This document shows positions 27,131-37,841 of a DNA stretch of 64,000 nucleotides, in pieces. The DNA comes from a virus. A program made the translations under genes and the position numbers. The stretch is taken from IMG/VR virus record IMGVR_UViG_3300016484_000735, positions 14,418 to 78,417 of that record, one strand, 5' to 3'. Position 1 is the stretch's first letter. Each line of letters starts with the position of its first letter. Under the pieces are notes generated by a model that was given only the letters and a program-made list of their open reading frames with translations, had not been told where the DNA came from and made no database searches.

Positions 27131-27178
27131 TACAGCATTAGGTGCTAGATAAAATCGCGGGGACCAATTGGTCCCCGC
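27129..27178 (+). terminator. Conserved 3' element copy B plus palindromic hairpin at convergent junction
   Basis: AATACAGCATTAGGTGCTAGATAAAATC then gcggggacc-aatt-ggtccccgc. Confidence 0.75.
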
Positions 27179-27184
27179 TGTCGT

Positions 27185-27835
27185 TTAGAACTCGTTCTTC
27201 TCGATCGTGTGTGCTAGATCAAGCAGATCAATTCGCATCGCGTCCCACTCGTACGGTCGCATCGGTTGACCGCGGAAATGCACGACGATGTACCCTTGAA
27301 TGTTGCCGAACCCTTGTGGGAACGGCACACGGCACGAAGCCACGAACTTGTTCTTCAAGTCTGGCCACACTCGGCTCAGGCCACCAGCCATGAACGGGTC
27401 GCAGATCTGTTCGCCTTGAACGAGCGAAATCATCTGGGTGTTGTTCGACTCATCACCCTTGATGTACATCGGGAGCGCTCCAGAACCGCCGTTCAACCGC
27501 TTCATGATCTCATCGCGAAGCTCATCGTCGTTGAACGCCCGGTACACCGGAGTCCGGGTGTTCTTTCGGTGCTCAAGTTTCAGGACCGTGAGGTACGCGG
27601 CCGTTGACTGGTACTTCTTCATGAAGGCCAACGCCGCCAGCTTCGACCTGTCGCCGATCGCTGTAAAAGGCTTCTCCTTCTTAGCGAACACGTACTCGGT
27701 GATCGACGCCTGGCTTGTGTACGTGAGGTACGAAAGAACGCAGGTGCCCGAAAGCAGCGCGAACAGAAGAACACGCTTCAACGACAACTTCACGAGGATC
27801 TTGGCGATCGCATCAATGATTCTATCCATGTACAC
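27185..27835 (-). CDS. Single-TM protein with periplasmic GAF-like domain, T4 holin T-like
   Basis: 216 aa, N-terminal TM, SCRVPF...IQGYIVVHF; TAAATA at 27852-27857 (-). Confidence 0.45.
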   Translation of the reverse strand: MYMDRIIDAIAKILVKLSLKRVLLFALLSGTCVLSYLTYTSQASITEYVFAKKEKPFTAIGDRSKLAALAFMKKYQSTAAYLTVLKLEHRKNTRTPVYRAFNDDELRDEIMKRLNGGSGALPMYIKGDESNNTQMISLVQGEQICDPFMAGGLSRVWPDLKNKFVASCRVPFPQGFGNIQGYIVVHFRGQPMRPYEWDAMRIDLLDLAHTIEKNEF

Positions 27836-27859
27836 CCCATTGTTACAGGCATATTTAGG

Positions 27860-28084
27860 TCAGTACACTGGATTCGGGTTCTTCTTCTGGGCTTCCAGAC
27901 GATCGTTCACGAACTGAACAGCAATGTCCCGTTCGAGTGGTGACATCCCGAGCGCAGTCTCGTACTGAATAGATCCACGCGAAAACCAAGCGATCTCAAC
28001 CGCTTGCTTCAGCAGGTTCCGGGTGTCGATAGCTAGAGCGTTGATCATGTCGGAGACCCTGGCTGCGTCTCCGAACATGATCAT
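27860..28084 (-). CDS. Baseplate hub assembly protein gp51-like
   Basis: IAWFSRGSIQYE...MSPLER motif; follows gp26-like gene. Confidence 0.6.
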   Translation of the reverse strand: MIMFGDAARVSDMINALAIDTRNLLKQAVEIAWFSRGSIQYETALGMSPLERDIAVQFVNDRLEAQKKNPNPVY

Positions 28085-28863
28085 TCGGTGAAAAAATTGA
28101 TCGGGTTCAGTGGGAGCTCAACGTCCATGATCTCACCGCAGTCCTTGCACTTCAGCTTCACAGTCTGCGCGGGACCCCAGTCGTTCGTCTTCTCGATCGC
28201 TTCCGAGATCCGATTCTGGTACGGTGTGCTCAGCGCCTTCACCCATTCTTCGATGAACGCCTTGTTCGTGACGTCATCAACCGATTCGATCACGTTCACG
28301 AGGTTGAACACGAGGTTCCGCTTCGTGTCTTCTGGGCTGTACTCAGTCTTTCCGAGGTTCATCTGGAACAGCTTCACCATGTGATCGAACTTCACCGGGT
28401 GTACACGGACGATCTGCCCGTTCGGTAGCACGACCTTGAACTGCTCCTCAATCACGGTCGGATCCAGACGTTTCATCTCTTGGACGATCTTCTCGATGTT
28501 CACCGAGTACGAGTGGCTGTTCGCGTTCTTGCAGGTGTGCTTCACATCGACCACGAACTCCGGTCCGTACGTCACAAGACGCATGAAGTACATTAGCGCG
28601 TCGATGTCACGACCGTACAGTTCATTCGTCTTCTTGATCTCTGGGATACACTCTGCGAACACCTCTTGCAAAGCCTTCCCGTTGAACAGCAGATCAGGGT
28701 TCTTCAGCGTGATCTCGGCAAGTGCCGACAGCGGATGAACGTGCAGTTCACCCTCGGTACCCGAGAGCTCTCCGTTCTTGTACATGGCTCCGCCAGACGG
28801 GAGCTGGAACGTGCGACCTGGCAGCTTGATCTTCCCCATCAGCGGGTTCACTGGTGCTTCCAT
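28081..28863 (-). CDS. gp26: Baseplate hub assembly chaperone gp26-like
   Basis: Start MEAPVNPL at 28863; QLPSGG, D...L...MRLVTYG, C..C near C-terminus. Confidence 0.75.
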   Translation of the reverse strand: MEAPVNPLMGKIKLPGRTFQLPSGGAMYKNGELSGTEGELHVHPLSALAEITLKNPDLLFNGKALQEVFAECIPEIKKTNELYGRDIDALMYFMRLVTYGPEFVVDVKHTCKNANSHSYSVNIEKIVQEMKRLDPTVIEEQFKVVLPNGQIVRVHPVKFDHMVKLFQMNLGKTEYSPEDTKRNLVFNLVNVIESVDDVTNKAFIEEWVKALSTPYQNRISEAIEKTNDWGPAQTVKLKCKDCGEIMDVELPLNPINFFTE

Positions 28864-28881
28864 GTGGTTCTCCGTATGTGT

Positions 28882-28905
28882 GTAAATACCTAACGATGTA
28901 TTTAC
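28882..28905. promoter_or_regulatory. Divergent pair of late promoters (gtaaatac-N8-gtatttac)
   Basis: TAAATA + at 28883-28888 (tape measure) and - at 28899-28904 (gp26). Confidence 0.75.
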
Positions 28906-28939
28906 GGGTTCCTTCAGAGCCCAAAAAATTGGACCTAGG

Positions 28940-31900
28940 ATGGCGCTCCCTAACGATCCAGCTACAGAACTGACGCTCAAGAAGGTACTTGATGCGATCA
29001 ACAAGGCCTTCCCAGCCTCCGCAGGAGTTCAGGGTCGTGGCGGGGCAACCGTGAGGACTTCTGCCGATCGAGCCGAAGAGGCGAATCGGCAGAAGGCAAA
29101 GCGGACGATGGTCGCTACGACGAAGGCCGTCGATGCGCTCGGTACATCTGCGAATCACGCAGCTGGCTCGCTGAAAGAACTTCAAGCTCGGGCAAAGAAC
29201 CTGACAGGCCAGTTCAAGAAGCTTGGCGATGAGACCGACGAAGCATCTGGATCGGTGAAGAATCTCGGGACGAAGAGCGACACCGCAGCTGGTAAGCTCG
29301 GAGATCTCTCAAAGAAGGCTGGCGCCGCCACTGACGGGCTCGGCGAGTTCCGCTCCGGCATCGCCGATACGCTGAAGGCTCTCGCTGCTGCTCAGAAGAC
29401 CCTCGACAAGCTCGACTTCTCTGGGGCGACCGACGAGTTCAGGGCTGCCTTGAAGCAGCTTGACTTCTCGAAGATCCCAGAGGATATCGTTGCACTTCTG
29501 AAGAAGCTCGACTTCACAGAAGTTCCAGAGTCGATTCAAGACGAACTGAAGAAGGTGCTCTCGGCGTATTCGTTCGATCTTGAGTTCGTACCGAAGCAGA
29601 TCGAAGAGGCTCTTCGCAAGGCGCTTGAGAAGCTCAAGGTTCCTGAGTCTGAGCAGGAGAAGATCGACAGCAAGAACATCCTTGGCGTGAACGTCGCGGT
29701 CGCCGGATTCGCGAAACTCATCGAGGGCTCTGTCACTACCCGCTTCAACCGGTTCAATAAGATCCTTCGTGGAACAACGAATGCGCTGAACGGTCTGCGG
29801 CGTGCTGCCCAGAGTGGCGCGGTGCCTGTCCCAGGAATCAGTACGCCAGTCTCACCGGTACATACCAGCGCGCCGACGACATCTGTTGCGCCGGTTCAAG
29901 CCACAGCACCACAACCGGTCGATACTACTCCGGACACAACACCTGCTACGCCGAAGAACAAAGACAAGAAGCCGAAGCAGCCGAAGAAGGAAGAAAAGCC
30001 GAAGACATTTGCCGAAGGGCTGAACAAGGCCGTAGACAAGCGTCTTGCTCATCTTGATGATGCAGCGAAAGCAGAAGCGATCAAGAAAATTGGTCGCCTC
30101 GGGGCTGTGGCAGGCGCAGTGTCGCTTGCCTTCGGCGGCATTCTTCGTGCAAGCGCACGGATCCTCGATGAGATGAAGGGTCTTGCCGCTGCCGGGTACG
30201 GGCTGACCGATTCGTATACAAGCTTGAGCTGGTATGCTGCGCAGAACGGCATGGCGCTCAGCGAGTACACAGACATGATGAAGGAGAGTATGGCCGTCGT
30301 GTCACGCTCGTCTTCATTCGCCGATTTCCAAGCGAAGCTCAAGGTCGGCACTGATGCTCTCGCGAAATTCGGCCAGTTCGGTCCCGGCGCGGCCAAGGCC
30401 GTCGGCGAGATCATGACGACCTCGACACAAGCCGGCATCTCACAAGATCGGATGAATGAGGCCGTGCTCGCGCAGACGAAGGCGTTCGGCGAACTGCAGA
30501 AGACGACCGGCATGACTGTGGAGGAGTTCTCGAAGCTCACCGCCGAGATCATGAGCGATACGCAGGTCCGCACCGACATGCTGTCGTTGTCGCAGACCGA
30601 ACGCATTCGACTTCAGGCACAGCTCACCCAGCAGGGTCTGTATGCTCGCTCGCTGAACTTGAGCACCGCCGAGGTGAACAAGTACACGCAAGCGATCCTC
30701 GAGCAGCGTAAGTCCACGGTGAAGAGCCGGTTCAAGCAGGCAGGCGTCCTTCAACAGATGGCTGGCATGGCCGGCATGGCCCCTGAACAAATCGATGAGC
30801 TCCGTAAGCTCACGATGAAGAAGAACAAGGATCCAGCAGAGCAGAAGCGATACGACGAACTGCTTGGCGAGCTCGGCGCTCGTCAAAGCGAGATGCAACG
30901 GAACTCTGAGGATAACGAGGCATACGGCGGCAGTAACCAAGTAGACATCGCACGCGAGAAGATGGCTGAGGCCGGACTCTCGACAGCGATGGAGGCCGCA
31001 GCAGCTATTCGCTTGGCCAAGGAATCTGGATCGGTCACGAAGGCCGACGGCAGCTCAGTGAACGCCGACATGGGGAAGCAGCTCAGTGAAGGGCAGCAGA
31101 CCCTGCTGAAGGCGACGACTGTCCTTGAAGGGGCAATGAAGAACACGCTGACGCAGATCGCTACTTCGGCCATCGCTGGTATCGCTGCAGCCGCCGCATC
31201 GTACTTCGCCGCAGCCCCGATCATCGGAACGATCATCGGGAAGATCATCGGGCGGCACTACGGCGGCACGCCGCCGGCTGGTCCAAGTGCCGGCTCAGGC
31301 GCTGCTGGCCAGCCGAAGCCGAACACTCCGACTGGTGGTCCGAAGCCTCAAGCTCCTCTGCCTGGTGCTCAGACGCCAGGCGCTGGCGGATCGATTCAAC
31401 ACCAGCCGACAGGTCAGTACGGTCAGAAGACGACGACCCCGGTGAATGCGACGCCGGCCGGCACGAAGCCTGGTTCGGTGATCCCAACGTCTCAACAACC
31501 GATTCAGACGACTGGGACTGGCGCGTACTCGCAGAAGTTTACACCGCTCCAGACAACACCGATTCAAGCGACGCCAGCGAACACAACCGTTGCTACACAA
31601 GCCGCCCCAGTACCTGCAACGCCGGCTGTGAAGCCTGAGGCGCCAAAGGGTAAGTTCGGGAAGTATCTTGGCTCTCTCGGCCAGATCAGCAAGCTCGGTA
31701 TGATCACCGGTGCGGTCACCGCCGGTGCCTCTCTGGTTGGAGCAGTCCAAGACGGGAATGCTGCGGCTGAACAAGCTAAGGCCACAGGCGGTGATGTCGG
31801 CGCCGCCAAGGGTAGTGCCATTGGACAAGGTCTCGGCGGCGCGGTCGGCGCTGTTGGCGGAGTCGTTGCGGGTTCGGCGGCAGGCGCCTGGGTCGGCGGT

Positions 31901-32794
31901 GTACTCGGTTCGATTGCCGGTCCTCTTGGCACCATTGCGGGCGCGACCATCGGACGTGAGCTTGGTGGTCTGGTCGGCCCGATGGTTGTTGCGCCGCTCG
32001 GTGAGTGGGCTGGGAAGATCGTCGGAGCCTGGATGGGATCTGACAAGACAGCTAAGAAGAACACAGAGCAGACGAAGGCGAACACCGCACAAGTGAAGGC
32101 GAATGCTGAAGAACTCAAGAAGACTCGAGATCAGATGATCGCCGAGCGCCGAGCTTCTGCAGGCAGCTCGGTCATCGACGAATCGAATCTCGCTTCGGTG
32201 CAAGGGAACATCCTTCGAACTGGGCGGGCCTATGTGGCGCCGACCGATGCTGAGGTTCAGGCACGCTGGTCTGCTGATCAGAAGGCTAAGGCAACTGCTA
32301 CCAAGACCGTTGAAGAGGTCAAAAACACTGGGGCTAATATCACCCCAGTTGCCAATGCTGCGGCTACAGCCGCTGGAGCTGCAGCGATCGCCCCGTATGT
32401 CCGGAACCCGATGAGTTCTGGATCCCGGACAGCTACCCCGGTTGCGCAACAGCTTCAGTCAGTTGTTTCACCTGCGCCGGCGAATGCGGCTTCGATTGCA
32501 GTTCCTGCGGCGGTTGCACAGAAAACCGTCAATCCTCCGGCCGTAAATACCCCTGCACCAGCGGCGCCTGCCAAGGAATCGGCACCTTCGAACGCTCTTC
32601 AACCTGGTCAAGCCGGCTCTGCCGCTACACCAAATGCCGACGTGATGAAGCAGATGCTTGATGTCCTGAAGCAGATGCTGGCGACAGAGAACCAGCAACT
32701 TGAACTTTCGAACATGATGCTGCGCGCTCGGAACTCGTCGATGTACGTCCCGGGTAAAGACGTCATGGTGAGCCGAGTGCTGGCGCAGAACTAA
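28940..32794 (+). CDS. Tape measure protein
   Basis: 1284 aa Ala/Gly-rich helical protein with GxxxG TM clusters and Pro/Thr linkers; divergent from hub chaperones. Confidence 0.75.
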   Translation: MALPNDPATELTLKKVLDAINKAFPASAGVQGRGGATVRTSADRAEEANRQKAKRTMVATTKAVDALGTSANHAAGSLKELQARAKNLTGQFKKLGDETDEASGSVKNLGTKSDTAAGKLGDLSKKAGAATDGLGEFRSGIADTLKALAAAQKTLDKLDFSGATDEFRAALKQLDFSKIPEDIVALLKKLDFTEVPESIQDELKKVLSAYSFDLEFVPKQIEEALRKALEKLKVPESEQEKIDSKNILGVNVAVAGFAKLIEGSVTTRFNRFNKILRGTTNALNGLRRAAQSGAVPVPGISTPVSPVHTSAPTTSVAPVQATAPQPVDTTPDTTPATPKNKDKKPKQPKKEEKPKTFAEGLNKAVDKRLAHLDDAAKAEAIKKIGRLGAVAGAVSLAFGGILRASARILDEMKGLAAAGYGLTDSYTSLSWYAAQNGMALSEYTDMMKESMAVVSRSSSFADFQAKLKVGTDALAKFGQFGPGAAKAVGEIMTTSTQAGISQDRMNEAVLAQTKAFGELQKTTGMTVEEFSKLTAEIMSDTQVRTDMLSLSQTERIRLQAQLTQQGLYARSLNLSTAEVNKYTQAILEQRKSTVKSRFKQAGVLQQMAGMAGMAPEQIDELRKLTMKKNKDPAEQKRYDELLGELGARQSEMQRNSEDNEAYGGSNQVDIAREKMAEAGLSTAMEAAAAIRLAKESGSVTKADGSSVNADMGKQLSEGQQTLLKATTVLEGAMKNTLTQIATSAIAGIAAAAASYFAAAPIIGTIIGKIIGRHYGGTPPAGPSAGSGAAGQPKPNTPTGGPKPQAPLPGAQTPGAGGSIQHQPTGQYGQKTTTPVNATPAGTKPGSVIPTSQQPIQTTGTGAYSQKFTPLQTTPIQATPANTTVATQAAPVPATPAVKPEAPKGKFGKYLGSLGQISKLGMITGAVTAGASLVGAVQDGNAAAEQAKATGGDVGAAKGSAIGQGLGGAVGAVGGVVAGSAAGAWVGGVLGSIAGPLGTIAGATIGRELGGLVGPMVVAPLGEWAGKIVGAWMGSDKTAKKNTEQTKANTAQVKANAEELKKTRDQMIAERRASAGSSVIDESNLASVQGNILRTGRAYVAPTDAEVQARWSADQKAKATATKTVEEVKNTGANITPVANAAATAAGAAAIAPYVRNPMSSGSRTATPVAQQLQSVVSPAPANAASIAVPAAVAQKTVNPPAVNTPAPAAPAKESAPSNALQPGQAGSAATPNADVMKQMLDVLKQMLATENQQLELSNMMLRARNSSMYVPGKDVMVSRVLAQN

Positions 32795-32803
32795 GGAGAC
32801 AAT

Positions 32804-34495
32804 GTGAGTTCGATTCAAAACTACTGGCGGATCGTGTCGCCGGCGTCGCGTAAGCAATTGTACACGACGCTGTCGACGGACGCCTACGATCCGCGGAAGA
32901 CTGACGTCTCGTCGATGTCTTCGATCCAGTGGTACTCGCAGGTCCTGCGCGGTCCTGGTTCTCGGAACGCGTCGTATAAGCAGTACGACGCGATGGACAC
33001 CGACATCGACATCGCTCGTTCGCTCGACATCATCGCTGAAGAGATGTCCACGAAGGACGAGAAGACGAAGCTGCCGTTCGAAGTGGACTGGCAGAAGGAA
33101 GACAACCAAGACATCTCTGATGCGACCACTGTGACACTGCGACAGGCTGTTCGCCAGTGGACTGAGATTCAAGACCTGAACAAGCGTCTGTTCCAGATCG
33201 CGCGATGCCTAGTGAAGTACGGTGACTGCTTCTTCCGCAAGACGTCGGATACAAAGAAGTGGAAGTACGTTGACCCATCGCTCGTGTACGGCATCGAGAT
33301 CGACGAGAACGGTGAGAAGATCTCGTACCATCTGAAGAAGCCATCTCAGAACAACGGCAGCGTGTACGGCGCTAGGAACGAAGAAGTTGAAGTCGTGCCG
33401 GCGGCGGCGATGATCCACTTCACGATGTCGGACGACATGGGCGCATCCGCCCCGTTCGGCGCCTCGATTTTGCAGCCGATCTACCGTGTGTATCGTCAGC
33501 TCGCGATGATCGAAGACGCGGTGATCATCTACCGTATCGTTCGCGCCCCGGAGCGTCGTGTGTTCTACATCGATACCGGGAACATGCCTCCGCAGCGTGT
33601 GAAGCAGTACCTCGAGCAGATCAAGAATGAGATGCGTCAGAAGCGTGCTCCGAGCACCTCGACCACTGGAAAGGACACCGTTGACGGCGCGTACGACGCA
33701 ACGTCGATTCAGGAAGACATGTTCTTCCCAGTGACTGCGTCCGGCCGTGGATCGCGCGTTGAGACGCTGCCGGGAGGTACTGAAGACTTCGGTACGAATC
33801 TGCTGAAGTACTTCCAAGATAAGGTGTTCCGTGGTCTGCGGATCCCGACCTCGTACATGGGCGGTGCTGATGCGCAAGGCGCTCAGACGAATGATGGCAA
33901 GGTCGGTATCGCGTACATCGAAGAACTGCGATTCGCGAACTTCATTCGTCGTCTGCAAGACCGGATCGACGAGATCATGGATCAAGAGTTCAAGGTGTAC
34001 TTGAAGGTCTGCGGCCTGAAGATCGACGATGAGATCTTCAAGATCAAGCTGCCGGATCCAGCGAACTTCGCACTGTACCGTCAAGCTGCTCTGGACGCTG
34101 ACCTGATCGGCTCGTTCAACAACATCGAAGGCAGCAAGTACCTCAGCCGCCGATTCATCCTGAAGCGTTACCTCGGTCTGACCGATGACGAAATCCAGAT
34201 GAACGAAGTGATGTTGAAGGAAGAGCGGAACATCAGCGACACCGCAACGGTCTCAGCTCTGCAGCAGATGTACGACCCGGCCGTGTACGAGAACCGTGAG
34301 TCGGTGTCTGTTGACGCTGACGACTCGGGTGGTGACCTTGGCGGTGGCGGGGATGAAGATCTCGGCGGCATCGACGGCATGAGCGACGGCGCGTTCGGAG
34401 GCGACATCGGCGGCGACGAAGACTTCGGTGATCTTGGCGGCGAAACACCGCCTGAAGAAGCCGGAGCCGGAGTTGAGCCTCCTCCGGCCGCTTGA
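32804..34495 (+). CDS. gp20: Portal protein gp20
   Basis: MIEDAVIIYRIVRAPERRVFYIDTGNMP, EDMFFP, GRGSRVETLPGG, ELRFANFIRRLQ. Confidence 0.97.
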   Translation: MSSIQNYWRIVSPASRKQLYTTLSTDAYDPRKTDVSSMSSIQWYSQVLRGPGSRNASYKQYDAMDTDIDIARSLDIIAEEMSTKDEKTKLPFEVDWQKEDNQDISDATTVTLRQAVRQWTEIQDLNKRLFQIARCLVKYGDCFFRKTSDTKKWKYVDPSLVYGIEIDENGEKISYHLKKPSQNNGSVYGARNEEVEVVPAAAMIHFTMSDDMGASAPFGASILQPIYRVYRQLAMIEDAVIIYRIVRAPERRVFYIDTGNMPPQRVKQYLEQIKNEMRQKRAPSTSTTGKDTVDGAYDATSIQEDMFFPVTASGRGSRVETLPGGTEDFGTNLLKYFQDKVFRGLRIPTSYMGGADAQGAQTNDGKVGIAYIEELRFANFIRRLQDRIDEIMDQEFKVYLKVCGLKIDDEIFKIKLPDPANFALYRQAALDADLIGSFNNIEGSKYLSRRFILKRYLGLTDDEIQMNEVMLKEERNISDTATVSALQQMYDPAVYENRESVSVDADDSGGDLGGGGDEDLGGIDGMSDGAFGGDIGGDEDFGDLGGETPPEEAGAGVEPPPAA

Positions 34496-34530
34496 GGTAA
34501 ATAGAACACTGGCATCTCGAAGGAAGAACA

Positions 34531-35139
34531 ATGCGCCTCCTCACTGAAAACCTCTCCCCGATCGCAGCCTCTCTGACTGAGATGAAGCGCGGGAACGATC
34601 TGTACCTGAACGGCATCATGATGCAGGCCGAGCTCAAGAACGGCAACGGCCGTTGCTACCCGCTCGCTGAGATCGCACGTGCCGTTGATGTCGCTCAGAA
34701 GCGCATCAGCGAAGGTCACTACATCCTGGGCGAACTGAATCACCCAGACGTCCTGTCGATCAACCTCGCGAACGTGTCGCACGCGATCACTGAGTGCCGT
34801 ATGGACGGGAACAACGCCGTCGGCAAGATGAAGCTGCTGAACACGCCGTCCGGGAACATCGCCAAGGGTCTGATCGAAGGCGGCATCCGTCTCGGCGTCT
34901 CCTCGCGTGGCACTGGGAACGTGAACGAAGCCGCGATCGTCTCGGACTTCTCGTTCGTGACCGTCGACATCGTGTACCAGCCGTCCGCACCGGACGCGTA
35001 CCCGAACGTCGTTCAAGAAGCTCTGCAGAACACGAAGGTGCTCTCGCTGGCTGAATCGCTCGTGCACGATCCGAAGGCGCAGAAGCACTTCGCCAAGGAA
35101 ATCAAGTCGTTCCTCGAGTCGCTGAAGCTCTCGAAGTAA
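34531..35139 (+). CDS. gp21: Prohead protease gp21
   Basis: NGNGRCYP, LGELNHP, GVSSRGTG, DIVYQPSAPDA. Confidence 0.96.
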   Translation: MRLLTENLSPIAASLTEMKRGNDLYLNGIMMQAELKNGNGRCYPLAEIARAVDVAQKRISEGHYILGELNHPDVLSINLANVSHAITECRMDGNNAVGKMKLLNTPSGNIAKGLIEGGIRLGVSSRGTGNVNEAAIVSDFSFVTVDIVYQPSAPDAYPNVVQEALQNTKVLSLAESLVHDPKAQKHFAKEIKSFLESLKLSK

Positions 35140-35195
35140 GAAGTTCGCGGATTCCTGACTGTAAATACGTCGTCTCAAACACAGAAGGAGTCCGA

Positions 35196-35390
35196 ATGAC
35201 TGCTCACGCTGAAACCCTGAAGTCGATGCTGCAAAGCATCATCAACGATCGCCACGAAGAAGCGGCTGTCACGATGCACGATTACTTCGTCGCGAAGACG
35301 AAGGAAGTCGCTGGTCTGGGTGCGCCGTCCGAAGTCGAGCCTGAGATCGTTGACGTCGAGACCGACGAGACTGATACTGACGAAGAATAA
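35196..35390 (+). CDS. Small prohead core protein (gp67/68-like position)
   Basis: Acidic small ORF between gp21 and gp22; late promoter 35162-35167. Confidence 0.6.
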   Translation: MTAHAETLKSMLQSIINDRHEEAAVTMHDYFVAKTKEVAGLGAPSEVEPEIVDVETDETDTDEE

Positions 35391-35408
35391 GCCCCGAGAG
35401 GGGCGAAG

Positions 35409-35443
35409 CGGGGTGAAAACACTTGGATTTTCACCCCGTTTTT
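35409..35443 (+). terminator. Terminator hairpin
   Basis: cggggtgaaaa...ttttcaccccg followed by a T tract. Confidence 0.7.
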
Positions 35444-35579
35444 GCGCACTTCGCTAAATAAGAAATGCGATTCAGGATGTGGTAAAGAGCTCTGCTCGCT
35501 TGCCTCGTCCGTCCAATCCAAGTGTAGGTTAGCTGTGTAGGCGATCTACGTCCCAATCAACCACACCAAGGAGAAAGCA

Positions 35580-36458
35580 ATGGATGAGATCCTGAACAAG
35601 CTTCTGCAATCCGAGCTCCTCAGCGAAGAAACGAAGGCTGAAATCTCCGAGCAGTGGACGACCTCCGTCGAAGCCTTCAAGTCGCAAGTTCGCGAAGAAG
35701 TCTCTGGCCAAGTCCGTCTCGAGCTCGCAGAACAGTGGGCCGGCGAACGTGATGAACTGATCACGAAGGTCGACCAATTCGTGGCTGAAGCTCTGACCAA
35801 GGAAGTTTCGGAACTGCGCGGTGACATCGATCGCTTCCGCGACCTCGAAGCAGAATACGCTGAGAAGCTCGTCGAAGAGAAGCATCGCCTCGCTGCTGAA
35901 GTCGCCGACGAACTCGACGGTCTCGTGGACAAGATCGACTCGTTCTTCGAGATGCGTCTGTCCGCTGAGATGGAAGAGCTCAAGGAAGACCTCGAGATCG
36001 TGAAGCAGAACGACTTCGGTCGCAAGATCTTCGAAGCGTTCGCAGCCACCTTCGGCGAATCGTATGTCGACGAAGACGCAGTGCAGTCGAAGCTCGCAAT
36101 CGCCGAGCAGAAGCTGTCTGCAGCACAAGCTGCCCTGGCTGATCGTGAAGAGAAGCTGAACAAGATGGTCCGTGAAGCCAAGCTGGAACAAGTTCTGGCC
36201 CCGCTGACCGGCAAGAAGCGTGAACAGATGGCGATGGTGCTCCGCAACATCGAAACGTCGCGCCTCGAAGAGTCGTACAAGTTCTTCATCGGCCGCGTGC
36301 TGAAGGAAGACACCGAAGCAACTGCAAAGCCACTGAGCGAAGCAGCTGCTCCATCCAAGACCACTGTTGTGACTGGTGAGCCAGCCGCAACGATCGTGGA
36401 ATCGCAAGGCTCCAAGTCCTCGGACCTGGCTGCCCTTCGTCGCCTCGCAGGCCTCTAA
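35580..36458 (+). CDS. gp22: Prohead scaffold gp22
   Basis: Acidic coiled coil before MCP; GRKIFEAF motif. Confidence 0.88.
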   Translation: MDEILNKLLQSELLSEETKAEISEQWTTSVEAFKSQVREEVSGQVRLELAEQWAGERDELITKVDQFVAEALTKEVSELRGDIDRFRDLEAEYAEKLVEEKHRLAAEVADELDGLVDKIDSFFEMRLSAEMEELKEDLEIVKQNDFGRKIFEAFAATFGESYVDEDAVQSKLAIAEQKLSAAQAALADREEKLNKMVREAKLEQVLAPLTGKKREQMAMVLRNIETSRLEESYKFFIGRVLKEDTEATAKPLSEAAAPSKTTVVTGEPAATIVESQGSKSSDLAALRRLAGL

Positions 36459-36487
36459 GCAAATCCTGCCACAACTAGGAGAATCTC

Positions 36488-37801
36488 ATGCAACTGATTG
36501 AAAACTGGCAAGAAACCAAGGATGCCCTGCTCGAAGGCCTCCAGGGTTCCAAGAAGACCGTCATGTCCACTCTTCTGGAGAACCAGAAGAAGCACCTCAT
36601 GGAAACTGCAGGCTCGACCTCGGTGAACATGGGTTCCGTCGCGAACTTCCAGAAGATCACGATCCCGATGATCCGCCGTATCGTTCCGGGCACCATCAGC
36701 TCCGACCTCGTTGGCGTTCAGCCGATGTCTGGTCCGGTTGGCCTGGCGTACTCGCTGCGCTTCGCGTTCGCTGAAGACGCTGATTCGGCTGGCACTGGCA
36801 ACGACATCGCCGCCGGCGACGAAGTGTACGCCAACAACAGCAAGATGAAGCGCTTCTACTCGACTTCGTCGGCTGGCGCTACCACTGGCTATCCGCCGGC
36901 TCTCGCTTCGGCAGCTTCGTCCGGCTTCGCCGTGGCTGATGCTTCGACCGCGAACCCGCTGCTGAACGCTTCTGGTGACTACGAAGGCTTCGGCGGCAAG
37001 GCAATGCGCCTGTCGGTCCTGAAGCAGACGATCACTGCTGGTTCCCGCAAGCTGCAAGCTCGCTGGACCATGGAAGCTGAGCAGGACATGCACTCCCAGC
37101 ACGGCATCGACATCCAGTCGGAACTGACCGCTGCTCTGTCGACCCAGATCGCTCACGAAATCGACAACGAAATCCTGACCGACCTCCTGTCGCTGGCTTC
37201 GACCGTCGCAACGTACGACTTCGCTGCTCCGCCGGCTGGCTTCGCTCCGAACTACCTCGGCGATCGCTACGCTCACCTGGGTATCCTCGTGAACAAGATG
37301 GCGAACGAAATCGGTGCCAAGACCCGTCGTGGTCCAGGCAACTGGCTCGTTGGCGGTCACCTGATCACCTCGATGCTGCAGTCCGCTGCCAAGTCGGTGT
37401 TCGCACCGGCCGTCTCTGGTTCGTTCGCTGACCCGGTCGGCAACAAGCTGGTTGGCACGCTGAACGGCTCGATGAAGGTGTACTCGTACAACTGGGGTCT
37501 GCAAGACGCATGGCAGCTGACCGGTTCCGGCGCTGGTGTCGTGAACGCCTCCGGTGACGTTGGCGAAGAGATCCTCATGGGTTACAAGGGTGGCTCGTCC
37601 GAACTGGACACCGGCTACTTCTACTGCCCGTACATCCCGCTGGTCTCGACCGGTGTCGTCACCGACGCGAACACCTTCATGCCAGCTGTGTCGCTCTCGA
37701 CCCGCTACGGCAAGTGCACGTTCACGAACGCTGCAACCAGCCTCGGGAATAGCGCTGATTACTACGCTCGCATTCTGGTGAAGAACGTCGCGTTCTCCTG
37801 A
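36488..37801 (+). CDS. gp23: Major capsid protein gp23
   Basis: GVQPMSGPVGL, SRKLQARWTMEAEQD, EIDNEIL, GYFYCPYIPL, TRYG. Confidence 0.98.
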   Translation: MQLIENWQETKDALLEGLQGSKKTVMSTLLENQKKHLMETAGSTSVNMGSVANFQKITIPMIRRIVPGTISSDLVGVQPMSGPVGLAYSLRFAFAEDADSAGTGNDIAAGDEVYANNSKMKRFYSTSSAGATTGYPPALASAASSGFAVADASTANPLLNASGDYEGFGGKAMRLSVLKQTITAGSRKLQARWTMEAEQDMHSQHGIDIQSELTAALSTQIAHEIDNEILTDLLSLASTVATYDFAAPPAGFAPNYLGDRYAHLGILVNKMANEIGAKTRRGPGNWLVGGHLITSMLQSAAKSVFAPAVSGSFADPVGNKLVGTLNGSMKVYSYNWGLQDAWQLTGSGAGVVNASGDVGEEILMGYKGGSSELDTGYFYCPYIPLVSTGVVTDANTFMPAVSLSTRYGKCTFTNAATSLGNSADYYARILVKNVAFS

Positions 37802-37841
37802 TCTTATCACGAGCCGATAGGCTCGTGTTGATCTGATCCTT

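Noticed and set aside
34320-34495. Gly/Asp-rich repeats at the portal C-terminus and Pro/Thr tracts in the tape measure
   Set aside because: Ordinary low-complexity linkers or tails common in T4-like portals and tape measures.
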